Shown one piece after another: positions 54,498 to 62,644 of a stretch of DNA of 64,000 bases (position 1 is its first letter; every line of letters starts with the position of its first letter). This stretch comes from an uncultured Candidatus Bathyarchaeia archaeon (lineage in GTDB: Archaea > Thermoproteota > Bathyarchaeia > Bathyarchaeales > DTEX01), in assembly GCA_964422605.1 (NCBI GenBank), contig CAYRBK010000001.1:34025-98024 (forward strand). Direction: 5' to 3'. A model generated the notes under the pieces. That model had not been told where the DNA came from. It saw only the letters and a program-made list of their open reading frames with translations, and did not search any database. The translations under genes and the position numbers were made by a program.

Positions 54498-54954
54498 TGA
54501 TTGGTGCCTCCCTTTTCTTCTTCACGCCAACAGCTTTCCCCTTTCTGGCGGTGGTCCTTGTTTTCTGACCTCTGACTTTGAGTCCGTAAGAATGGCGGTA
54601 CCCGCGCCAGGATCTGATGGTCTTCATCTTCTCGATGTCAGTCTTCATCTGAAGATCTAGGTCTGAAGTGATGAGGTGGATATTCTTGCCGGTTTCAAGG
54701 TCTTTTCGGCGGTTAAGAAGCCATGCTGGCAGATCACGATCCTCAATGTTCCTCACGATCTCCTCAATCTTCCTGATCTCGACATCTGACAGAAACCCAA
54801 GGCGCTTTGCCAACGGAATATTGGCCTGCCTCAGCATAGCTTCTGCCATTCGGATGCTTACCCCCTTTACCTTGGTCAGAGCATACGCTGCCTTTCGTGT
54901 CCCGTCCAAGTCGTTGCCTACCAGACGGACGATGTACTTGAACTCCGCAGACAT
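54484..54954 (-). CDS. rps13: Ribosomal protein S13 (uS13)
   Basis: FKYIVRLVGNDLDG...KGVS and a C-terminal basic tail. The start is set at MSAEFKY (54954). The longest ORF begins at the TTG at 54987. Confidence 0.9.
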   Translation of the reverse strand: MSAEFKYIVRLVGNDLDGTRKAAYALTKVKGVSIRMAEAMLRQANIPLAKRLGFLSDVEIRKIEEIVRNIEDRDLPAWLLNRRKDLETGKNIHLITSDLDLQMKTDIEKMKTIRSWRGYRHSYGLKVRGQKTRTTARKGKAVGVKKKREAPIIGRS

Positions 54955-55005
54955 CAAGTCAACCTTCCAATGCTCTTTGGAACCCAACTAACTACGAAGA
55001 GGTCC

Positions 55006-55019
55006 GTTTTTATTTAAAC
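55006..55019 (-). promoter_or_regulatory. Putative TATA box of the S13-S4-S11-rpoD operon
   Basis: The minus strand reads GTTTAAATAAAAAC about 55 nt upstream of the S13 ATG at 54954. Confidence 0.45.
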
Positions 55020-55140
55020 GTTGCGCCAAGGTGAGACCTTCTATTTCGGGACAGGTAGAAGCCAGACCCAGAGAACAAGCATGCGCGTCGCGTTCTTGAG
55101 GAGTTCGCTACGCGCTGGGCGATGTCGGTGCACTACGGAT

Positions 55141-56214
55141 CTAAACTGTCGGGATAAGCAAGGAGGACGCCTTGTAGAGAAGCATGCTCATGGCCGCAGT
55201 GCAGGGCACTGTTAACGCCCATGTCAAGACTAGGCGGGCTATTATCGATTTGTTGACCGCTCTACGGTCTTTTCCCAGACCAGCGCCTATGATAGCTCCG
55301 ACACTCGCTATCGAGGTTGAGATTGGGAGGCCGAAGCCGAAGAAAATGTAGGGCAAGGTTACAAAGAGATATACAACCAAAGCATTGGCCAGTTCAGCTG
55401 CAAATCCGGAAACCACATCTAGCCGGATGATCTTGTAGGCAACCGTTTCTATAACCCTGTAACCCCACGTTAGGCCGCCTAAAGCTATCCCTATAGAACC
55501 GAACATAGCCAGAAGGAACATTGCGGTGGAACTTGGGATACCCCCCAGCTTCTGAGCGACTGTTACGTAGACTCCGGCTGCATTTCCCACATCATTTGCG
55601 CCGAACGAGTATGCGGAGAAGCAGAGGGCTCCTATCAGGAAGAAGGAAAGGATCTTGACGAAGTTTTCGTTGACCAGAAGGTTGCTGAAGGCTTTGTTGA
55701 TAAGGATGTACAAAGACAATGACATGAACATGGCACAGAGTGGGGATATGATCCACGAGATTGTCAGTTTCATGAACATGTCAATTGTCGATTCCAAAGG
55801 TCCGTACACAATGAGACCATAACCGATTATGCTTCCGATGACTGAATACGTGTTCGAAATCTCAAGCCCTTTCCACGTGCAGAAGGTGACCCACAAACAT
55901 GCTGAAAGCGTTATTGTAAGGCCGCCCAAGACATCAATATCCGGCACTATGCCAGTACCTATCGTCTTGATGTTCATGAAGCCTTGAGCTAAAGCTCCCA
56001 AAGCGGAGAAAGACGCGAAGAGAACAACAGCTCTTCTGGTTGAAATGACCCCTGAGCCGACGGCGCAGTCTGTCGGCGTCGCGGCGTCGTTTGCCCCGAG
56101 GTTCCAAGCCATGAAGAAAGACAGTCCCAGTCCGAGAGCCAACACGACGGCATTCGCATCCATCCGGGCAATTCCTCCCTCTTCAAGCCAGAGGGCAACC
56201 AGTGAACAGAGCAT
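55141..56214 (-). CDS. Inorganic phosphate transporter, PiT family
   Basis: 357 aa, polytopic, with the duplicated GANDAA/GANDVGN signature. Confidence 0.88.
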   Translation of the reverse strand: MLCSLVALWLEEGGIARMDANAVVLALGLGLSFFMAWNLGANDAATPTDCAVGSGVISTRRAVVLFASFSALGALAQGFMNIKTIGTGIVPDIDVLGGLTITLSACLWVTFCTWKGLEISNTYSVIGSIIGYGLIVYGPLESTIDMFMKLTISWIISPLCAMFMSLSLYILINKAFSNLLVNENFVKILSFFLIGALCFSAYSFGANDVGNAAGVYVTVAQKLGGIPSSTAMFLLAMFGSIGIALGGLTWGYRVIETVAYKIIRLDVVSGFAAELANALVVYLFVTLPYIFFGFGLPISTSIASVGAIIGAGLGKDRRAVNKSIIARLVLTWALTVPCTAAMSMLLYKASSLLIPTV

Positions 56215-56224
56215 ATCTCTTTGT

Positions 56225-56899
56225 CTAGCCTTGGATAGCTATGCTTCTGATAACGTCAGCGACATCTTCCGAGCGATCCGCTATGTTCTCCATGTTCTCC
56301 ACAGCTTCTTTCAGCATTAGCCACGTGGCTATGCTCTTGACTTTGTCGCCATATCCAAGGATGTCTTCTACCAAGGCAACGCGGTATTCGTCTATCTCCT
56401 CCTCCATTCTTTCCACTTCGTGAGTTACCTCGATTGCGACCTCAGGATCATCAACAAGCTTCACAAAGGCTTCTCTCATCTTCTCTGCGATCTCAACATC
56501 CATATCCGCGAGGTGCTTCAGCCCTTCTTTGATCCTCTCGGGAAGGTCCTTAGATGATGAAGCGCTGATTTTCCTGGCGGCTGACTTGGCATTAGCAGCC
56601 ACGTCATCCGCAGTCAGCACAACTCTCACAACCTCTTCCCTTGTGATCGGGTGAAAAGGCCCTCTGGAAAGCTTGTCCAGTATCTCGCGTTTCAGTTCGT
56701 CTGCGTCGCGTTCCTGTTTGAAGACTGACTCGAACCCTTTCTTTGTGCTCTCCAGATTCTCATCGCAGAAGGCATGCACAACTTTCCTCATCTCATTGAC
56801 CGTGGCAACGACCGCATCTGCATGTAGCTTGCATTCTCCCAGAATCTCCTTCTCTCTCTTCCTAGACAGCCAGACAGAGACATAGCCTGACCTGAACAT
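56225..56899 (-). CDS. DUF47/PhoU-like phosphate transport regulator (PiT-associated)
   Basis: 224-aa helical protein with E.DADELKREI and ENMENIADRSEDVA. Conserved pairing upstream of PiT. Confidence 0.8.
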   Translation of the reverse strand: MFRSGYVSVWLSRKREKEILGECKLHADAVVATVNEMRKVVHAFCDENLESTKKGFESVFKQERDADELKREILDKLSRGPFHPITREEVVRVVLTADDVAANAKSAARKISASSSKDLPERIKEGLKHLADMDVEIAEKMREAFVKLVDDPEVAIEVTHEVERMEEEIDEYRVALVEDILGYGDKVKSIATWLMLKEAVENMENIADRSEDVADVIRSIAIQG

Positions 56900-56930
56900 A
56901 CCAAACCGCCTGGACTATCTATCGCTACAA

Positions 56931-56942
56931 GCTTTAAAAACC
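56931..56942 (-). promoter_or_regulatory. Putative TATA box of the DUF47-PiT operon
   Basis: The minus strand reads GGTTTTTAAAGC centred about 37 nt upstream of the ATG, so the leader would be short. Confidence 0.45.
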
Positions 56943-57100
56943 TATCATAGCGCTTCAGATCCGCTCTGTCATGGGGGTTTGCCACCGTTAGGGCAGGCGC
57001 CGGACTCTGCTAGGGTGAAAAGAGAATGGGCGAACACCGCGCAAACGGGTCGCGCCGCGACTAGGAATCTATGCGCGCACTCCAACCTGAATTTCCCGCA

Positions 57101-58234
57101 TCAAGCGATCGAAATGGGAATCCGGGCTACTCTAGATACGGCGGCGACCCTGGCAAGGGCTCTTCTTAGGGCTTTCCTACCGAGGTAAGCCGTTAATGCG
57201 ACCGTTGCAGCTAATATGCCTATAAAGGGTCCGTATTTTGTCGCCCAGTATTTCAGTTCCCGGTACGAAAAAGTCTTTCCCAGGAGGTTTCGGTCCATGA
57301 AGTCCAAGACACGCACGAGTACGAGGTCAAGTGGGACATCGTGGCCTGTGTCATACCAGTAAATCTCCTTCGGCTGTCCAGCTTTTTCGTAGAGTTGTCT
57401 TCCAGCCTCTGCGGGAACTATTGTGTCATGCTTTCCCAGGTGGAAGACCACAGGTCGAGGAGAGAATCTGCTGATGAAGTTTACGGGATCAACCGGATCC
57501 AGGAGACTTTGAAGCTCTTCGTGACTTAGGCCTTCTCTTTGTAAGAACTCTCTTATGGCCGGCATCGTAGGGTGTTGGCTCTCCCGTATCATGAGGCTCA
57601 TATTTCCTCCGGCAACTATCAGCGCCGCCGCCTTTACCCGGGGTTCGACACCGATGAATATTGCGCCAAGTATTCCGCCCATGCTTCCTCCGGCATAGCC
57701 TATTTTGTCTTTGTCGATCTCAGGCCTTGTCTCAACATAGTCAATGGCTCTGCGAAGGTCGATAACAGTTTGAACTATTCCCCTCACCGAGTCTGAAATG
57801 TTCGGCGAGTATAGTTCCTTTCCCTCCTCTCTCCTCTCGCCATGGTACTCAGCATCGATCGCCATTATTGCATAGCCTTCTTTGGCGATCATCTCAGCCG
57901 CTTCAAGTACATCCTCCTTTCTGCCTCCGTAACCATGGAGGAAAATCACGCATGGGACTTCCCCTTGCATCTTCGGAAGCGACAACAAGCCTGGAACCTG
58001 CTCGTCATTCACCGAGTCGAAGTATACCTTCAGAACCTTGTAGTGCGGCTCGTCTCTGAAGGGTTCTTCTGCGACATTCAAGGGGAGGGTTCTACCATAC
58101 TCGTAGTACGTCAATAGGTCTTCTCTATTGCCCACATCGCTCCACACTCCTTCCATGCAGTTAACTGGCAGTGACATAATGACTGACGCAGCAACCCAAA
58201 ACAGACCAAAAATACTTCTCCAATTGACCCTCAT
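57101..58234 (-). CDS. Secreted/membrane-anchored alpha/beta hydrolase (dienelactone hydrolase / S9 peptidase-like)
   Basis: N-terminal signal-like TM, nucleophile elbow GGSMGG, HG oxyanion motif (FLHGYGG), and a C-terminal TM segment. Confidence 0.75.
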   Translation of the reverse strand: MRVNWRSIFGLFWVAASVIMSLPVNCMEGVWSDVGNREDLLTYYEYGRTLPLNVAEEPFRDEPHYKVLKVYFDSVNDEQVPGLLSLPKMQGEVPCVIFLHGYGGRKEDVLEAAEMIAKEGYAIMAIDAEYHGERREEGKELYSPNISDSVRGIVQTVIDLRRAIDYVETRPEIDKDKIGYAGGSMGGILGAIFIGVEPRVKAAALIVAGGNMSLMIRESQHPTMPAIREFLQREGLSHEELQSLLDPVDPVNFISRFSPRPVVFHLGKHDTIVPAEAGRQLYEKAGQPKEIYWYDTGHDVPLDLVLVRVLDFMDRNLLGKTFSYRELKYWATKYGPFIGILAATVALTAYLGRKALRRALARVAAVSRVARIPISIA

Positions 58235-58376
58235 AGGTGCCGCCTAGTCTCCGGCAACCCAGAAGGTTCTCAAGTGGAGATATATCGCTTGCGGCTCTTC
58301 ATGAACGGTTGATCAGCAGCGATGCCGCGATTGCAGTAGCCAGACATACCTGCAAGTGGCGAAAGTTATTCCTGTT

Positions 58377-59396
58377 TCAGGGCTTTAGGACTACCTTCAA
58401 GACCCTCTCTGTCTTCTGATGCATCAGCCCGAACCCCTTTGCCGCTTCATCCAATGGAAACACATTCGTTATCAGGGGTTTAACATCTATCTTCTGGTTC
58501 TTGATGAAGTTGAGGGCTCTCTTGAAGTCTTCGGATGTGTAACAGTATGACCCTTTGATCTCAAGCTCGTTGACCACTGCGTCCAGAATGTCAAGCGTCA
58601 TCTTCTGCGCCAGCATTCCCAGAATCGTCAGTCTTCCACCCCTGCCCAACACGCTCATCGCATCTCGCACTGTGGCCTCAAGCCCCACAGCTTCCAATGC
58701 CACATCCGCACCACGCCCATCTGTGAGTTCCATAGTCCTCTCGGGCAGATTCTCAAACCGGGAATTCACTGTGAAATCCGCACCCAGGCTTCTGGCGAAG
58801 TCCAACCTGTAGTCAAGTACATCCGTAACGATAACGCTTCCTGCTCCCGCAGCCTTTGCTGCTTGGAGAGCCATCAGTCCAATGATCCCGGCTCCAACCA
58901 CGACAACTGTGTCGCCAAGTTTCACTGGTGTCCGATTCACGGCGTGGACGGCAACCCCGAGGGGCTCAACCATGCTTCCCTCGTCGAAGGTCAAGCTGTC
59001 GGGCAGTGCGTGACAGTTCGTCGCCTCGACCGATACATACTCAGCGAAGGCCCCACACGTATGCAGACCTACAAGCCTCAGATTGCGGCACACGTTTCCC
59101 TGTCCGCGCAGGCATTGTTCACAGGCGCCACACCGGATTATGGGGTCAACAACTATCCTCTCTCCTACGCCCAAGTGTTTCACATCTGCTCCAATCTCTG
59201 CCGCTTCTCCGGAGAATTCATGCCCCATGATAAGAGGAGGCTTTCTCCTTCTCGATGCTCCTTCGTATGCATGGAGTTCGGATCCGCATATGCCGACTGA
59301 TCTGACCCTTATGAGAACTTCGCTGCTTCTCACCTCTGGCTTGGGCACATCCTCAATCCTAATGTCCTTGCCTCCGTACCAAACGGCTGCCTTCAT
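58377..59396 (-). CDS. Zinc-dependent medium-chain alcohol/polyol dehydrogenase
   Basis: GICGSELH, GHEFSG, structural Zn Cys cluster CGACEQCLRGQGNVC, and Rossmann motif VVGAGIIG. Confidence 0.85.
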   Translation of the reverse strand: MKAAVWYGGKDIRIEDVPKPEVRSSEVLIRVRSVGICGSELHAYEGASRRRKPPLIMGHEFSGEAAEIGADVKHLGVGERIVVDPIIRCGACEQCLRGQGNVCRNLRLVGLHTCGAFAEYVSVEATNCHALPDSLTFDEGSMVEPLGVAVHAVNRTPVKLGDTVVVVGAGIIGLMALQAAKAAGAGSVIVTDVLDYRLDFARSLGADFTVNSRFENLPERTMELTDGRGADVALEAVGLEATVRDAMSVLGRGGRLTILGMLAQKMTLDILDAVVNELEIKGSYCYTSEDFKRALNFIKNQKIDVKPLITNVFPLDEAAKGFGLMHQKTERVLKVVLKP

Positions 59397-59530
59397 TGAA
59401 GCTCACCTTAGTCTTGAGTAACACCTGCGGGATTTATCGTTTGCTGGTAAGTCGATGGTTCTTCCTATCGCTGGATCGTCGGCCGTCTTTGCTAGACTCC
59501 GGGAGAGCGGCTCTCTTCAAAAGGCAACAA

Positions 59531-59543
59531 TTATATCTATATG
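59531..59543 (+). promoter_or_regulatory. Putative TATA box for the first RAM-domain gene
   Basis: TTATATCTATATG lies 30-40 nt upstream of the TTG at 59573, which suggests a leaderless or near-leaderless transcript. Confidence 0.35.
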
Positions 59544-59572
59544 CCCATCTATTATCGGTCGAGGGACCGCAG

Positions 59573-59803
59573 TTGGTTTCGGCGTGTGTGTTGGTGAGAA
59601 CTTCAGGTGGGCAATTCGAACAAGCGGTGAAGACGATCCGCCAGATCAAGGGCGTCGAAAGAGTTTTCCCGGTTCTAGGCAGGTTTGATGTCGTGGTTGA
59701 CATTGGAGATATGGACTTTACAGACCTTGGGTCAACAGTCCTCAGAATGGGGAAAATGGCAGGCGTGATCTTCACGGAGACCCTCGTGGAGATCGAGCAC
59801 TGA
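59573..59803 (+). CDS. Stand-alone Lrp/AsnC-type RAM (ligand-binding) domain protein
   Basis: The C-terminal 76 aa of the 135-aa track ORF read (M)VSACVLVRTSGGQFEQAVKTIRQIKGVERVFPVLGRFDVVVDI...TETLVEI. This has the beta-alpha-beta-beta-alpha-beta RAM pattern. The start is chosen by alignment with the paralog downstream. Confidence 0.65.
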   Translation: MVSACVLVRTSGGQFEQAVKTIRQIKGVERVFPVLGRFDVVVDIGDMDFTDLGSTVLRMGKMAGVIFTETLVEIEH

Positions 59804-59821
59804 GGACGGAGGAAGAAAAGA

Positions 59822-60046
59822 TTGCTTAACGCGTGCGTATTGTTGAAGGTTGTGCCTACGAAGGCGGACACGATCCTGAAAGAAGTGAAGGCGCTTAAGG
59901 GAGTTCGAAAGGCGTACTTCACCTGTGGAAGGTTCGACATAGTCGTTTTCGTCGAAGTTGGAGACTACAGAGAGCTCAGAAGGATAACTGGCGAGATTAA
60001 CGAGATAGCCGGCGTTAGAAGCACAGAGACGCTGGCAGAGGCTTGA
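59822..60046 (+). CDS. Stand-alone Lrp/AsnC-type RAM domain protein (paralog)
   Basis: 74 aa: MLNACVLLKVVPTKADTILKEVKALKGVRKAYFTCGRFDIVVFVEV...STETLAE. Confidence 0.7.
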   Translation: MLNACVLLKVVPTKADTILKEVKALKGVRKAYFTCGRFDIVVFVEVGDYRELRRITGEINEIAGVRSTETLAEA

Positions 60047-60259
60047 ACGTAATAACCGACGAAGGATGCCGACAGGGCAGACTGAAACGCTCTTGTTCAT
60101 CTTCCTGAATCTTTGCAGCGCAGCGGATTGCAGAGATCTAGGGACGAGCCGTCATAGACATATCTAGAGAATCAACTCTCCCTGTTTTCCATTTCTTCTC
60201 GTCGGATGAATTGGGGATTGTGGAGAGATTCCGATGCGTTTCTTTTTCTGGCGAGATAA

Positions 60260-60293
60260 CCAACAATATAGTTGAACGATCAACTATTGTTGG
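60260..60293. repeat. Near-perfect 14-16 bp inverted repeat
   Basis: CCAACAATATAGTTGA-ACGA-TCAACTATTGTTGG, with one extra T in the left arm. It lies at the left side of the AT-rich island. Confidence 0.6.
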
Positions 60294-60472
60294 CTACTAT
60301 CGCTAATCCTTTGCCCTGAATTTGCGCATGAAACTGTGTTGAACATTGACTATTCAACTCTAGCCCCAAACCCATAACGAAGATGATAAGGATAACCAGA
60401 GGAAGGACATCTTTGAAAAAGACCGAAAATCTAAATGCACTCCTCCGCAGCATTATAGACCAAGGTGTCTGA

Positions 60473-61051
60473 ATGGTAGACCTCGTAACGCTTATGGTCT
60501 CTTTTGCAGGAATGATTTTCGCAGCGATTTCCCTGCTAACTGAGGCATCAGAAAGTAGTGAAAAAGAGGATTCTGAATTCATAGAGGCAATTGTGGATTC
60601 CATCAGAAACAATGCAGATGGAAATGCTTTGGATACTGTTCTCAAAGATTATGAGACCGTAAATAGAGAGATAGAAAGAAGAGAGAACATCAACTTGTTG
60701 GTAGGTTCCATCTTGGTTACGGCTTCCATACTTATTCTGGGAAATACTGCAACCAAAGGTATACCGAAATTTCCTTATGCAATCACGTCAATAGCGATAT
60801 TTATCTTATGGTTGCTTGTTCTTCAGAATACTAGCAAAAAACTGGACGCTATGTCATATGTTCGTACCAGAGCCATAGAAAAAGCATTGACACAATCGTA
60901 TGGTTACGACTATGGCATCCATACGTATCTTCAAACGAAAACAAAGGATAAATGTGGTGAAACCATCTGGTGGCTTCGTATCAGAAGAGGCTTCTGGAGC
61001 TATGTATTGTTTCTGACAAGCTTCGCTTGGTTATTACTCTCGTCGACATAA
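60473..61051 (+). CDS. Hypothetical membrane protein (4 predicted TM) in the AT-rich island
   Basis: 192-aa ORF. It has an N-terminal TM, an acidic helical segment, a tight TM hairpin (LLVGSILVTASILILG / ITSIAIFILWLLVL), a helical segment and a C-terminal TM. I recognise no family. Confidence 0.5.
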   Translation: MVDLVTLMVSFAGMIFAAISLLTEASESSEKEDSEFIEAIVDSIRNNADGNALDTVLKDYETVNREIERRENINLLVGSILVTASILILGNTATKGIPKFPYAITSIAIFILWLLVLQNTSKKLDAMSYVRTRAIEKALTQSYGYDYGIHTYLQTKTKDKCGETIWWLRIRRGFWSYVLFLTSFAWLLLSST

Positions 61052-61193
61052 AACTGTCTTGTGACCGATTGGAATCGCAGATTAGGCTCGGTATGTTGAG
61101 ACTGGATCTAGAGTCGCTTTTCTAGGTGTCGATGTTTCTCTTTCGCCTCCCAAGAACTTGGCGAATAATAGAGCTTCTTGATTGGTCAGAGTT

Positions 61194-61592
61194 TCAGCGG
61201 TTATACAAACCCTGATGAGTGTTATCTGTTGAAAGTTTGGGATCAAATTCTAGCTTGAAGCCGTCATGCAAATAAGGCAGATCTACCGTTATTCTAGAGA
61301 TTTCCACGCTTGTACTATTCAGGTTTATTGCTATCATAAGGAAATTGACCCTTAGGATGTGGAAAAGATACTGATGTGGGGGTTTTCCATTCGCATTTGC
61401 CAAAAGTAATCGGAATTCAGCCTCATCTGGGATCTTACCGGCCCCAATCTTTGCGTACAAGAATCAAACCGTTGTACCCAGAAAAGTAGGGAATGTACCC
61501 AGCTTTTCATGGGTTTGTGCCCAACGTTTTCTCAACTTCTGAAGTAGCGTTTTAAGGCTAAGTTTGGGTTTCTTTGATAAGAACAGCCTCAT
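61194..61592 (-). pseudogene. Hypothetical ORF interrupted by an in-frame TGA
   Basis: Own translation from the ATG at 61592 gives MRLFLSKKPKLSLKTLLQKLRKRWAQTHEKLGTFPTFLGTTV, then TGA (61466-61464), then F. It then continues in the same frame into the track ORF (61194-61460). A TATA-like TATATAAAAA lies upstream on the minus strand at about 61665-61675. Confidence 0.4.
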
Positions 61593-61805
61593 TTTGTGGT
61601 TTTTGAAAGACTGAAAAATGTTAGACGCTAAGACGAAAAGGTCAGTTCCCCATTTTTATCCACATTTTTATATAGAGAATAGGGATATTCACATTATCCT
61701 AAGAGATCTGGACAAGACTCAACTAAGTCGTTCAGATACCGTTCATAGAGGTGATTGCAGAAGGAACAACAATCATCAGTCTTTGTCCCAAGGTGGGAGC
61801 CAACC

Positions 61806-62624
61806 ATGATTCTCCTCGTAGCTTCAAAGAAGGATCCTGCTGCTCTAAACATTGCGGAACGACTCTTAGTCAACCATGGCTTTGATGAGACTTCTGAAAG
61901 CTCTTACGGAAGCCCCGTCTACCTAAAGGAACTTGGAACTGGGGAAACTGCGAAACTGGTATTTGTGGAACAAGAACCGGTAGATACGCAGAGTCTTACT
62001 CTTCCTTCTCCTACGAGACTGCTGATATTTCTGTCGCGGCATAGCAGCAAAAGCGGAACGCCGACACTGTCAGTTCACACCCCTGGGAACCTTGGAGAAG
62101 CGGCTTCAGGGGGACTCCCCAGGAAAGTGTCTGTCGCTTCAGCAAGCGTCATGAAAGAGGCGCTGAAGGCTATGAGGAAGGCCCGAGAAGAGATGGACCT
62201 CAGTTATGAAGTCTCATACGAATGTACCCATCATGGGCCTTCACTGGACGTTCCAACCATGTTTACGGAACTTGGAAGCTCCCCAAAGGATTGGAAAGAC
62301 CATCAAGCTGCCGAAGCAGTGGCGAGAGGCGCGATTGCCGCTGCATCTAGCGATAAAATCTACCCAGCCGTCTTGGGGATAGGTGGGCCACACTACAACA
62401 TGCAGTTCACCAAAAGGGCATTGACCACTGAAATCGCCTTCGGACATATCATTCCCAAATACTCGATAAGCATGATGGATGCTGAGATGCTTAGGCAGTG
62501 TATCGCCAAGACTGTAGAGCCTGTTGAAAAGGCTGTCTTAGACTGGAAAGGAATCCAAGGCGCTGATAGGCAGAGACTGCTCAGCTTGCTATGCGAAATC
62601 GACATAGAAACGGAGAAACTATAG
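61806..62624 (+). CDS. dtdA: D-aminoacyl-tRNA deacylase, archaeal type (DTD2)
   Basis: Motifs SRHSS, CTHHGPS, ELGSS, GIGGPHY and AFGHIIPKY. The start is set at MILLVASKKDPA (61806); the track ORF starts at the TTG at 61755. Confidence 0.85.
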   Translation: MILLVASKKDPAALNIAERLLVNHGFDETSESSYGSPVYLKELGTGETAKLVFVEQEPVDTQSLTLPSPTRLLIFLSRHSSKSGTPTLSVHTPGNLGEAASGGLPRKVSVASASVMKEALKAMRKAREEMDLSYEVSYECTHHGPSLDVPTMFTELGSSPKDWKDHQAAEAVARGAIAAASSDKIYPAVLGIGGPHYNMQFTKRALTTEIAFGHIIPKYSISMMDAEMLRQCIAKTVEPVEKAVLDWKGIQGADRQRLLSLLCEIDIETEKL

Positions 62625-62644
62625 CCTCAACATCTGAAGGGTTA

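Noticed and set aside
59434-59940. 168-aa minus-strand ORF covering both RAM-domain genes
   Set aside because: The plus-strand reading gives two clear paralogous RAM domains. The minus-strand product has no features.
60062-60112. Box C/D sRNA on the plus strand (AGGAUGC-N12-CUGA-N19-CUGA)
   Set aside because: It has the same geometric failure as above. The C box is weak (GGAUGC), and there is no C' box or terminal stem.
60280-60645. 121-aa minus-strand ORF overlapping the start of the 192-aa membrane protein gene
   Set aside because: The N-terminal 64 codons are antisense to the better-supported plus-strand gene. Only the C-terminal 57 codons (from the ATG at 60453) might be real, and they are mentioned under the island finding.
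61472-61525. Three direct repeats TGT(A/G)CCCA spaced about 22 bp apart (possible protein-binding iterons or an att site)
   Set aside because: They fall inside the upstream part of the interrupted minus-strand ORF and encode a repeated Leu-Gly-Thr peptide. A coding explanation is sufficient.
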